64,000 nt of DNA from Caecitellus pseudoparvulus (taxonomy: Eukaryota > Protista > Bigyra: Bicosoecida). Within the stretch, counting starts at the first letter, position 1, and each line of letters opens with the position of its first letter. Made by a program: the position numbers and the translations under genes. The notes beneath the pieces are model-generated. The model was not told the origin of the DNA and did no database searches. It saw only the letters and a program-made list of their open reading frames with translations. The stretch is from positions 620,001 through 684,000 of the forward strand of contig CBFFRQ010000069.1 in assembly GCA_965644315.1 (NCBI GenBank). Direction: 5' to 3'. Below are positions 1 through 12,200 of this stretch, piece after piece.

Positions 1-201
1 GGCGGCTGGCGCCGCGCCGCCGACACCGGTCTCCAGCGCACCTGTCAGTGATGCAGAAGGGCCCCGCAGGCAATTCAATTCCAATGCACTGCATGTCGTG
101 TTTCTCGGCTCCAGGAACCCCCTGGCACACGCCCTGAACGCTCCAGTGGAGGCCATAGCTCGCTCCCAGCGCCAGCCTGCGGAAATTGCGAGCGGGCCGC
201 C

Positions 202-3200
202 ATGGCATCCGCAGACAACGCCGTAGTGCCTGTCAGCCGCCTCCAGCACAGGGAGGAGTATCAGCGCGTGGAATATTTGCTTCAGGTGTGTGCATGCACC
301 GCTGCGCAGCGCTGGGCTGCTGTACCTGCGCGTTTCAGACTGCACCCTGAAACGCGTCTGCAACCAAGGCAGCATGGCAAACTGGCACAGCGGCATGCCC
401 ATTCCACCGCTCGCCGCACAGCTCTGCCTCCGACACACTGGTGTGCGGGATTTGAAAGTCTGGAGGGTGGAGAACCCCCACTTGACGCTGCAGTTCGACC
501 GCAGCGCTGGCAGCCTGCTGTGCCTGGAGTCGTGGGTGAATGTCGGCGCGCTGCCGAGCTACAACAAGATCCAGGATGTCTGCAGCAGGGGCTTCTACCT
601 CCCCGAAGACGGCGGGGGGCTGTCCTTCAAGACTGGCCATGTGACGCTGGATTGTCCACCGGCAGGTGCGTGTGCGAGGCGAGCCGCGGCACATCCCGCG
701 GCGCGTGCAGCCAATTTCCGCACGAGCACCCGCGGCTCTCACCACAGAAGGCGGCATCCACCAGCTGCTCCTGAGCAAAGTTGGCGTCGGGCGCTCATTC
801 GTGCTGGAGGATGCCTCTGAAGCCGGCCCTGGTGGCCGAAGCCTGCCGGGTGGCTACAACAGCTTCTACGTGCACGGGGAGAGCGGGTCCTACAGCCACG
901 AGTATGTCGTGCCTGACCCCGCCCAGGCACTGCCACAGTACATCGTGCACTTCACCCTGGACACCCGCGTCACGATGCCACCCCCGTCTGCCACTGACAT
1001 GGCCGCCCGCAAGAAGCACTTCCGCGCCCACATGGCCACGGTGAAGGAGCGCGTGCTGGAGGCGCTGGCGCAGCTAGGCCCGGCGGCCGGTGACCAGACG
1101 GAGGTGCTGTTGGCAGAGATTGCCGAGAAGTACGAGCAGGCCCTGACGGCGTCGTGCCAGGAGGACCCCCTGCTGGACGAGCGCAAGCGCAGCATCGACA
1201 AGGCCGTGGCGGCAATTTCCGCAAAGGTGGAGGCGGTGCAGGCCAACCACAAGGCCACAGAGGACGCCATCTACGCCCAGATGCAGCGCGTGCTGCAGCA
1301 GCTGAACTCCGCCACAGAAGCCAAGATCGCGGTGCTGCTGGCAGAGGAGCTGGAGCTGCGCCGTCAGAAGGAGCAAATCGACTGGACGGAGTCCTTCGTC
1401 GGCGTGCTGGCGGACACGCTGCCGCCCATGTCCTTCATCAGCGCCTGGGACAAGCACACCGCCATGCGGTCCACCCTGTACACTCAGGCTGGCGGCGGCG
1501 CTGCGTATGCGGCGGCCAGTGACATCCTGGACTCCGTCGCGGCGGACTCGCGGCTGGAGGGCAGTCTGCGAGTGACGTCAGGCGCCGACACCCCAGCTGG
1601 CGCCACCTCCCTCTCGGGTGGGCACAGTCCACGCCAGGCGCCCTACTCGGCCGCCTCCGCAGCCCTGCCGCCCTATGACGCCCACTTCTCGTCCACCCCC
1701 GCCACCCTCGCCTCCACGCTGCCCCCCCACCCAGCCATACACACCCAGCGTCCACTTCGCCCCCTCGCCCCCCGCCACGTACAGCACACCAGCGCTGCCG
1801 CCGGCACCCGCCAGCACAGCCATGGTGCCGGCAGCGGCGCCTGAGCCGGCCACTGTGCAGCAGGCCCAAGCTGCCGTACACGCAGCCCACGAGGAGCTGG
1901 CCAGCACCACCCGCCTGGCCGCCAGCATGCCCAGCAGCCAGGCCAAGGCGGCGCACGACATGGTGGCAGCCGCCACGGCCAAGCTGCAGGCCGCCCAGGC
2001 CACGCATGCGGGCATGGTGCAGGCAGAGGCCTACAAGAGCCTCGCTGCCGCCGGCACGCCGCTGGCGCAGGGGGGCAGTGCAGCCGTCCCCCGCCCGCGC
2101 CCACCTGCGGCAGCCCCCCCCTCCCCCGCCCTGGACGGCTTCGCGGCACTGTCTCCCGATGGGCGGGAGGGGCACGGCGCAGGGGGCGCTGCCGCCCGGT
2201 CGCCGCCCACACGCAGTGTCAAGGCGCTCGTCGAGCGGCACTCCCTGTCAGCGTACGTGGAGAGCAGGAAGCGGGGGCTGGGTGACGCCGTCATGATGCA
2301 GATCACGCCGGATAAGATGTTCCCTGACTCCCGTGTGCTCACCTCCGCCGACGCTTCCATGCGGGTGTTCCTGTGCCTGCCCTTTGAGAGCGGTGCCATG
2401 GGGGGCACCTTTGGGGGGGGCTTCGGCAGCACTGGCAGCCACAGCGCCCCACCCACCACTCGGAAGATCTTCAGCTCCGCTGACGCCTACCCCCCTGGTT
2501 TGGCCGAGTTCCCCGCCCACTACACTTCCTGGGTGACCACCAACGGCTCGCCAGTGGGCACAGTCGTGCTGGTCAAGTCAGGGGGGCACCTCTTCGGAGG
2601 GTACACGCCAGAGCCATGGCGCTTCGATGGCAACTTCCACGGCTCTCCCAAAGCCTTCTTGTTCTCCCTGACGCGGGACTGCAAGGTGCCGTACACGGGG
2701 CGCAAGCCGGGCCCTGCTCAGGATGCCGACCGCGTCATGCGGGCAGAGCACGAGGAGCAGAACATCAACATCCAAATCAACTTTGAGCAGGCCCGCCAGG
2801 CGGAAATCGACCGCCTGCTCATGGAAGGCGTGTCCTTCGACGAGGTGGGCAACGTCATGTCCAACCCACGCGGCGCAGATGTGTCGAAGCTGGACATCCC
2901 CCCGCCCCGCAAGCGGCCCTGGTTCAGGGTGGACGCCCAGCGCTCCACGCCAGACACACTGCAGTTTGGCGTCGGGGATTTGGTGCTGGCTGGTGACCTG
3001 TCAGAGTGCACGACACAGCTGGAGAGCAGCTTCGGCATCGGCTTGCAGCCAGGCTCTGTGGAGACGCGCACATTCTTCGGCGGGGCGGCAGATGGCGTGT
3101 TCAAGGCCGACGTTGTAGAGGTCTGGGCTGTCCAGCATGAGGGCGCTGGGTACGGTGGCTTCGGTGGTGACTTTGGGGGCAGCAGCGGCGCTGCGTTTGG

Positions 3201-3240
3201 AGAGGAGCCAGCGTATGATGACGAGGATGCTGGCTACTAG
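202..3240 (+). CDS. PARP-like (ADP-ribosyltransferase fold, probably inactive) + coiled-coil + TLDc domain protein, ~939 aa
   Basis: Exons 202-285, 422-665 and 748-3240. Introns 286-421 (GTGTGT..CAG, phase 0) and 666-747 (GTGCGT..CAG, phase 1) join ORFs 202/290/666 in frame. N-terminal motifs VWRVENPHL..QF, IQDVCSRGF, LLLSKVGVGRS, PGGYNS and HEYVV..P.QALPQYIVHF follow the PARP catalytic fold. A heptad-rich helical region follows. C-terminal VVLVKSGGHLFGGYT..PW, FHGSPKAFLFSL and FKADVVEVW are TLDc motifs. One frame break remains near the C7 run at 1722-1728. Confidence 0.72.
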
Positions 3241-3395
3241 CCCTTGCATGGCAAATTCCTCACATCTCACTGACCCTTTGTGTTTGTGGCCGCCCCTCAT
3301 CTCAATGCATTCCCAGCATAGCAGCACCTGAGGCGTCCAGCCCACCAGAAATTCCATCTGTGTAGACGCACCGCCCCCCCCACCGAAAAGTCGTG

Positions 3396-6300
3396 CTACT
3401 GTGACTGGACAAGGGCGTAGCTCTTGTTCAGCACGCCTGCCCGGATCAACAGCGTTCGCACGGCAGGGATGGCTTCAAGAGATGCCGCTGGAATGTACAG
3501 CAGTGTGCCTCGTGAAAGCTTCACTTCTTCGTCCAGACGCTTGATGCGTGGCATCTGCACAACAAAGTAGCCGAGGAGGAGTGCCCCCGCCACCCCCAGC
3601 GTCGCGAGGAGCTGTTCCCGCAAGAACTTGTCCATGGTCGCAGCTGTTTTCTGACTGCCAGCCTGGCTGGAAGCATAGAAGGCATCTTGGAGCGGCTTCT
3701 GGGCAAAGGCACGGATGTCCAGCAGTCCCTGGTTGCGCAGGCGCTCCTCACGAGGCGCGGGGCGACCAGCTTGGATGCTACTGAGTCGCTCCACCAGGAG
3801 CAAGCGGGCCTCTGTGACATACTTCTCCACACCAGCCTGGATGCCATTCCTCAGCACACCCGCGTACAAGGAGGAACACAAGCCCGCATTCTCACCGTCC
3901 ACACAGCCGTTGCGCAGTTGCAAGTTCAGCCGATTCTCAGAGCTTCGCGCAGGCAAGATGCCAGCCTGCTTGTCGCCATACAGCAGTGCCTCTTGGATCC
4001 ATAGCAACTCACGGGAGAGGGCCAGACCCTGCTCGGCCAAAGTGCTTGCCTCCTGGACGTCGTCCGTCTGCATGGCCCGTTGTGTTGCAGCAAGCAGCTG
4101 CATGGACACTACCTCCCGTTGGTAGCCCCACATGGACGTGTGGCCTGTGCCTTGAATGTCGGCCGACGTGGCATTTGACCACAGCAGCGTGGCAATGTAG
4201 TAGGCTGAAGCAAGCAAGAGGGGCGAGGAAAACACAATGAGTGTCCAGACCAGCTCCCCCACCTGCATGCGCAGGCGGCGCTTGCTGTCCACTTTGAATC
4301 GCACGTTTGACAAGCGGCCCCAGTTCTCCAATTCACCCTCCAGCTCCTCCTCACGTTCTGGCTCCTCGATACCAGCTGCCTCAGCTGTGAAAGTAGCAGC
4401 CTTGGCTTGGCTGTTGGCCTGGAAAGCTTGGACCAGGCGCCTGGGCAAGTTGAACAGCAGCTGCCACATGCGATTTCGAGTGTTCAGCGCGATGAACGTC
4501 ATGGGCAGCAGGATGAACGCAGCAACAACAGCGAGCACCCCCATCGAGCACCAGAACAGGATTGTACGGGAAACCTCGGCTTCTGCACCCTGTTTTAAGA
4601 AGGTCACGTCGGCTTGGACCGTCGTCGCATTCAGTTGTGGGATGAGGGCGTCCCGCATATTGGCCTCCAACCAACGCAAGTGCCCCCCCTCTGCAGCCAG
4701 CACCTGCGTGTAATCTTGCTGCCCCAGTACCCTCATGTGGGCCATGAACTCCAGCGTCGCATCGAGCAAGTTCACTTTGTAGCTGAAGCTGTCGTCGTGC
4801 TGGTCTGCTTGCAGTGTCAGCTCGGTTTCAATGTGCAACTCCCTTTGCCCGTCGCCTTGCAGCGTGTCAATCGCGGCGAACACTTGCCTGTTTCGGCGCT
4901 CAAAGTCTGCGAGGGAGCGCTGTATCAGTCGCTGGTTGATGTTGTACTCTTCCTCGGCAACCTCAAACTCAGGCGTGCCAGGGACTGTGATGTCCAGCAC
5001 ATTTGCAAGGAGTACCTGGTCCTCCGCTGCCAGTTGCAGTGTTTGGGCGCGCAGCTGGCGCTCAGCCGTTTCTTCCAAGAGATTCAATGTCAGAGCATAC
5101 TCGTGAAAGAGGACGTTGATCAGCACTGTCGTGGTCGTCATGAGCGCCAGGGTGAGGAGTAGCGTGCCGAGTACCGACGACCGGAGTGCAACGACGGCTT
5201 GCTCAGGCTTGCGATTCCGGGCACTCACGATGCCTCGAACGGTGCTGCCGAGGGTGGAGCGAGACTCTGCGCTATTCAAGCTTCCCGATCGCGCAACTGA
5301 GCCCTCCAGCGCTGCATCCTGATGAGGGCCATCGCTTGCGTCAACCTGGAGCGCTGTCGACTGCTCGCCCACCAGAGATCCAGGCCGCGACACCTGCCCA
5401 TGGATATCCATGGACACGGTCTTGACAACTTGGGCTGAGGGCGGATCTAGCGTGCCTGCTGATTGAACGGCAGTTGCTACCGACTGTGCCGAGCCCGCTG
5501 CTCGTGGCCCTGCCTTGGCATCCTTTGGCTGGCCTACGTCCGGAGCCCGCTTCAGGATGCCAGGCAGTCCCTGGTCTGCCACTGGCCCTGCCTGTGAGCG
5601 TGCGGACTCTTCCACGTACGGGCGGACACTTTCCCCCTCTGAGCTGCTGTCCAGCAGGGACGACAAGTCATCGGAATGGTCCGAAGCTGCACCATGATCG
5701 ACGTCGGCAAGGCGAGCTGGGGTGGTCGCCACGCCGGGCGCCTTCATGGGTGACACGGACGGAATGGATGGCAGCATGTTCACCCCCATACCAACACCAC
5801 TGCCAGTTGGAGATACGACAGAGGAGATCTTGGGAAGCTCTGCCACTTCCCACATGAGAACGGACAACCTGTCGCCCGGAAGTGCGTTTGGGAGATCGCC
5901 GGCGCCAATGGACGTCGTCTGCATGCGGAGCCAGACGCGAAGAGCCAGATGCTTGGGCTTCCTTGTGCGCCCCTTGCCTCCACCTCCACGCCGTGTAGCC
6001 AACGTGGACGCCTGAGAAACTGCCGCTGGGAAGTGCCTCGACACCTTCTGCAAAGTGGCGAGGAGGCCGCCTCTCAGGCGGTCCACCGCCAAGCCAAGCT
6101 CTCGGGCAGCCATCTCAACTTCAACAAGTGACGTATCTTGGTCATCAAACTGCTTCACATCCCCCAGCTGTTCACACAGGGCCCGGGCGCTGTTGAAGTG
6201 TGGAAGGAATGCCGAGAGATTCAAGTTGCAGGCGTTTACATCTTCAGCTGTGTGCCCCAGCATGCTCAGGCTCGTCTTGCAAGCAGATGAGATGGTGCCT

Positions 6301-8722
6301 GAGTTTGATAAGAACAAAATGAAGTTGTGCTGCGTTGCCATCGGCTGCATGAGGGCCCCAAAGCCGTGCTTCAACGAACGCGCTGAAAGGAGCATTGGAA
6401 AAATGTGCCCTGCTGAGTGCACGCCCAGCACCATTCGGACCGTGTTCATCATGGACCCCCGGCCTGTGGACAGGTACGCCCGCATGAACTTGTTGTGTAA
6501 GGAGGCGATGGGTTCAGGCATGAGGGAGTTGATGGACTTGTTCAGCATTTCGCGCTTGCTGTACCCGAACGTGCCGAGAGCGGCCGCGTTCACCTCAGTG
6601 ATCATGCCCAAGCTGCGCTCCTGGTCTGAGCAAGACAGCACGGCCATGTTCTCGGCGCTGGAATCAAGAGTGTTGACACAACCCAAGAATTGGAATGTTG
6701 CCCGCTTGCTCTGGTGTTCTTGGGACAGCTCTTCTTCGAGAGCGTCTGCTTCCTGCAGCATGCCAGTGGCCTGACGGGGGTCATTCATCACTGCGTCCAA
6801 AAAGGCTGCGTAGCCCCGCATCACAGTGACACTACGCTTGTTGATGCTCAGCACTCCCAAGTACGCTTCCTCGGCCGACTCTGAGCTTTTCTCGATGCGC
6901 TCAGCCAGGTCCACCAGCTTGACCACAGTTGCACTTCGGGAGGCCAGGGCGGACCAGAAAGCTGCGATGAGCCCGCGCGCAGTCGTCTCGTGCATGCGGG
7001 CCTCAGCTCTGAACTCTTCAAACTGCACACGCTCCTGAATGCGCAAGTGCTCCTCGTCGTGCTTCTTGGCCAGGGCCTCCAGCTGGTGTGACCGAACGCG
7101 GGCCCTGTACGCCTCGTCGCTCGCAGGGTGCTTGGCTGACAATGCCTCCAGGTGACTTGTCTCAACATGCGTATTCCCGCGCCACATGCGCACAAACGTT
7201 GCCGCGGCAACGTGCATGAAGCTGCTTGAGGGGAACTGGGTCAGCCCCATGGCGAGGATGGCTTCGGCTTGGGCCAAAGTGGCGGTGAGTGGACCACGCA
7301 CTCCCAAGCCATGGAAGCCCATGGGAATCTCTTGGCTGCTGTCTTCCATGCCCCGTACAGTTGCCCGCATGGCTTCGTCCATGCACCGCTCTGCGAACCG
7401 CTTGGAACGCTGCACAAGAGACCGAACCTTCAGCTCCAGCAAGTACGCAGAGCCAGGCTCGGATAGCGACGTGTGCAGGTGCTGGAAGCGCTCCTGCACA
7501 CCTATGAACACGACGAGTACCACCAAAGGGGTGACAAACACAAGCAAGTGGGAGCTGTTAGCCGTAAGCCCACCCTCGGCGATTGCGACAAGCGCGCACA
7601 AGCATGCCCAAACACCAGCTGCACCAGCTGCAGCTCGGGTGCAGTTCAAGGCCATGTTAATATTCGGCATGTACCTGGCCCACAGGTACCCTTCAAGGCC
7701 GGTGCTGACCAGCGTTGCAGAAATTATGAACCACGGTGCCAGCCCGTGATGCATCGCCTGCAGCGCCGTGATACACGCTTGTATCACGAGAGCGGCTGCA
7801 TGGACCCGGCCATGGGCCGCAGCCTCCGCGCAAGTCACATCAGTTTGCACGTGCAGCAGCGATACGTACACTGTCAACGCGAGAAACCCCGCGAGAGCAA
7901 ATGTGCATGCTGTGACACCTGCCAAGTGCGCGGGGGACCAGCACTGCACGCCGTCCAGCCAGGTTGCATCGGCATCCTGCCCCACACACACCAGTGGGGA
8001 GGTGAGCACGGAGCACGTTGGCAGGAAGCCAAACGTCGTGCTGGTCACAACAGCGTGGTGGATGAACGATACCAGCAACTTGGGCTTGAAAACTCTCTCG
8101 CGGGGACGCCGTGGTTTTGTGATGCTGTGGCCCAGGAAGCAGAGCACTACAAATGAACAGGCCCACAGCACACACACGAAGACCAGCGCCGAAGTCGAGT
8201 ACCCCTCGCTTATCGCGCTCTGTGGTCGCACCAGCAGGGTGCTTCCCAAGGTGCTGAGGGCTGTCGATGCGCGGGCATCGTGCCAGGGCAAGTAGTCGGA
8301 GGCGTGAATGGAAAGGGCAGCAACCTGAAACGCAGAAACGCTACAATGATGCTGCACGCCAACCTCCATGCCCGCACTTTGAACGCACCTGAGCTCCAAC
8401 CAGCAAAGTCTGGGTCATGGTCCACAAGTCTGAGACGGAGCTGGACATTCCGAGGCTCTCTTCCACACAAGCCTCAACCCAACTGCGGACAGCTGTGAGA
8501 GCGTTTGCTACCCACCCAGCCTGCGCTTCGCCCTCAACCTCCGCAACCACGGGCACGCTTGCCACGGCAGAAATGCGATCTGGCTTAGATTGGTTAGCGA
8601 TACTGGACCCTGAGCCATCCGGGCTGACCTGCAGGCGCAACACAGCGGTGGCTTGGTAGTGAAGTGAAGAGAAGTCCACGCGGCGGTGACTCCCTTACCT
8701 TTGAGCTGCGCTGGCGCATCAT
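3396..8722 (-). CDS. TmcB/TmcC-like (tiny macrocysts family) multi-pass membrane protein with PAS domain, ~1730 aa
   Basis: Exons 8722-8699 (MMRQRSSK), 8628-8389 and 8324-3396. Introns 8698-8629 (GTAAGG..CAG) and 8388-8325 (GTGCGT..CAG) are both phase 0. The protein has N-terminal TM helices with the motif C.....WLDGVQCWSPAH, a helical TPR-like region (YAAFLDAVMND), and a PAS domain at ~6380-6650 (ITEVNAAALGTFGYSKREMLNKSINSLMPEPIASLHNKFMRAYLSTG..GVHSAGHIFP). Two C-terminal TM-loop-TM modules end in LLFNLP and LLYIP. Confidence 0.8.
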
Positions 8723-9227
8723 CCTGGCACTTTCCTGAAACTAAGGCTCTAAGAGGAAGCTGTGGGAAGACGGCTCAAGACAGAAGCTTGATCCTGCATG
8801 CCGGAGGCTGCGCCGGGAATACAGTGAGACCTCGCAGCGCGAGTAATTTAGTCGAGGGCGACAAGTGTGCCAGTCCACCCGAGATGGCTCGAGGATGCGA
8901 GTGCAGCCGCTGAACCAGCTCACTTCCTATGTCCGGGAGCTCCCTGCATCTTGGTTGGCCCCCGCTCGCACCTCTTACGCCGCATGCTGCGTCGGACGCA
9001 ACAGTCTGCACACAGGTCGAGATCAAGGAACTGAAAGCCGACCCGCGTTCCACTTCCACCCGCCGACGTTTTTGGTCACTGCATTGCACAAGGTTTGCCG
9101 TGGACTGCGAAGTGAGCTCTGCTGCACTTGGAAGGGGAGCTGGGGCCTGAGTGGGTCTCACACCCAGCGCCACCTCCAGGAGCAAACTTGACACTCTCCC
9201 CGCAGGCCGCTGCGATGGGGTGGTTGC

Positions 9228-12200
9228 TCAACTCCAGCCACTGGCCAGGGCTGCGTTTGCCATACCCGTGCCAGTGTCATCTCCGTCGATGGCCACACAG
9301 TTGTGTGCGGCAAAGAGGATACGCTGCCGCAGCAGTTCCTTGCTGGAGTACTCTGGCAGGTCCAGGGTGTTGTAGCAGGTGTGTGCCACAGGGAAGGAGT
9401 CTTTTGGACTGCGGCGGTCAATCTGGAAGCGCCTGCCGAAGGAAGCTTTGTTGCGGCCGATGGTGGGGCGCCCAGAGATGAAGCGCAGGACAGCCGCCAC
9501 GTCATCCGGACTTGCTTCTCGGAGCACGTCAAAGTACCACTGAATGACAGTGTCGCCTCGGGACCACCCGCTAAAGTCAGTCATCTCTGCCAGCAAGTCA
9601 ATATCAATGTCCCCTGTGAGCCCACACACCAGGCGCTGGAACTGCCGTGCAGAGAAGAGGGCGAGGGGGGCGATGGGCACCATGGTGGCCAAGCCGGCTC
9701 GCACGGCTTCCACCTGCCGAGACACCTGCTGAAGCTGAGTGCGGGTGACAGCTGCGACATACTCCTCGCGATTTGCCCACGTGAGCAGCTTGTTGGCTCC
9801 GCCAGCCACCACCTCCACGGTGCGCCCAGACCAAAGCTGGGTAGTGAAGGTCTGCTCCCCAACGATGTCGGCGAAGGTCTCTTCCGTGAGAGAGGGGTCG
9901 TTGGCAAGCTCTGTCAGTGCCTTGTGAGAGACGAGGTCCACTTCCTTCAGCGCCTGGGGTCCTGGTGAGCCGCCGGACAGCAAGCACCACAGGAAGGGGG
10001 GCAGGCGCAGGGAGAGGTACTCCTCGTTGCGCAGGGCCATGCCCATGACCTTGCCCAGGAAATTGAACATGCTGAGGGCAGTGGCAGAGGTGGCCTCGGG
10101 GTTGAACACCCAGCAGTCCCGGTTGGCGCCTGAGTTGTTGCGCTCAGTGTGGTTTGGCACACGCACGAAGAGGTCCATCTGGTCGCTCTGCAGGGCCGTG
10201 CTGAACTCCGCGAAGCACTCGCGGTAGGGGCCGCCGTCATCGTGGGAGCGCTCCCCTGCGAACTGCGCAGTCCACAGCTTGGCCCTGCGGCGCAGGCGAG
10301 CCGGAGGCATCGCCCTCATGTAGCGCCAAGCCTGGGAAAACAAGGTGAATCGCCCCTCCGTGTCCACGCCGCCCGAGGCTGCGAAGCGGTACGCGCGGGG
10401 ACGAGACAGCACCAGCTCGAACTTTGAGCCGCTCGTGGAAACCGTGCGCTGCAGGCCATCGCGCAACAGCGGCTCCTTCACCACCGCCAGCACCCAGTGT
10501 GCAGCTCCGGGCAGCAGAGACGCGATGCTGCCCTGGGCAGACACAAGCGTGAGGTCCACCCACGGCAAGCTGCTGCACAGCAGCGAGTTGAACGTCGTGA
10601 TGAGCTTGTACCGCGCCGCAAGGCGTGTGGACCGCTCAGCTGGCGAGAAGGCCGACAGGTGGGGGTACCGCACCAGCAGCGCCTCCTCCTTGCTCTCAGC
10701 GGAGCTGGGCACAGCCGCGAGGGCTGCCGACCACACATCGTCCCAAGCCTTGGTGGGGACTTGGGCCACGGTCCACGAACGCTCTTCAAACACGCGGTCC
10801 ACGAGGGTCACCAGCTCCTCGTCGGCAGCGGGGCCCCATCCAGACGTCACGTCGTGGATGAAGTGAGCGTACACGTCCTGCAAGTACGCCACAGCGTCCG
10901 TCACCTCCACAGAGCCAACGCCTGCCACCTGCGTGATGCGGCGGCTGAGGGTGGGCGCCGCAGGCACTGCGAGCCGCACGTCCTCCGCAGGGCGGGCTGC
11001 ATCTCCGGCTGCAGCACCGCCGGCGCTGCCAGCGCCAGTGGCGACTCCGCTGGCCGCTGCCTTGATCTCCGCAAGGCGGCGGGGAAGCTCGGCCATGAAG
11101 GTGGGGGAGAGGGCGAGGTCCAAGGCCCTCGAGTCCAGCTCTGGGCACACGGCCATGCGTGCGCCCCAGTCAGCCGGAACAGGCCCGCTTGAAGCAGAAA
11201 TCGCAGCAGAGCCCACCACTGCAGCAGTGCCGAGCACTGGCAGAGCTGCAGCGGGCGCGTACAGCACAACGCCAGAGGAGCCTGGCCCCGCCTCCGTCGC
11301 GTGGATGCCTGGGGCCTCCATCGTGGGCTGCAAGGTGTGGCTGAAGTCAAGGAGAGCAACCTGCACGCCTGGCCCGCTGCCAACGCACACTGCAGGAGCA
11401 AGAGGTGTGCCTGGCGGAATGTCGCGCAAGGTGACGCCGATGGGCGTCGTATTCACCTCGAAGCTCACCGTGCCAGCATCGGCATCGTACTTCACTTTCA
11501 CGACGTCACCATCGCTGATGCCGCCCGAGTGTTGGCCTGGCACTTCACTGCCGTTGGCAAAGCCCTTGCCGGTCTTGGCGTCCAGCAAGTACATGCCGCT
11601 GGACGTGAGGTGCGATGATGGCTTCTCAGAGGTGGGCATGGCGTAGGCGCCCAGCCCCACCTTCCGGGAGCTGGGCAGCTCCAGCACCATGTACATCCAC
11701 TCGCACGTGCCGGAGGTCAGGGCAGCACCTGCGATGCCCACACCAGCACTGCCGCCGGCGCCTTCCGTGTACAGCGTGGTGTGTTCGTTGGCAAACTTGA
11801 CAGCACCGGCACTGGCTCCCTCGCCAAGGTGAGAATGGGCGAACACCACGCGCTCCGTCGAGGCGGTGACAGGGAAGGAGGCTTCGGGGCGGGGTGCCTC
11901 CGCATCTTGCTGGCCAGAACCGGCCCAGGAGGCGCCAACAGACAACACGTACTCCGTCCCAGGCTCCAGGTTGCCAATGCTGGCAGTGCCTGCCGTGGTG
12001 TGGCCCACCACGCGTGGTTCTTGTCCGCTCTTGGCTGCTGTGATGGTGAACACGGTGCGAGGGGAGTTCAGGCTAGCAGCAGGAGCCGCGTCTGGGCGGA
12101 AGCGAGGCCACTTTAGCACAACGTGCACGGGAGAAGCACTCTGCACAGCCACGCCGCCGGGTGCAGTGGGCAGGGACTCGTCAGGGGACACGACCTTGGC

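Noticed and set aside
8775-9194. 139-aa minus-strand ORF and small plus-strand ORFs in the HECT/TmcB spacer
   Set aside because: The 139-aa ORF has a non-ATG start, no recognisable motif and no convincing splice link to either neighbour. The region is more likely UTR and promoter, though a small gene cannot be fully excluded.
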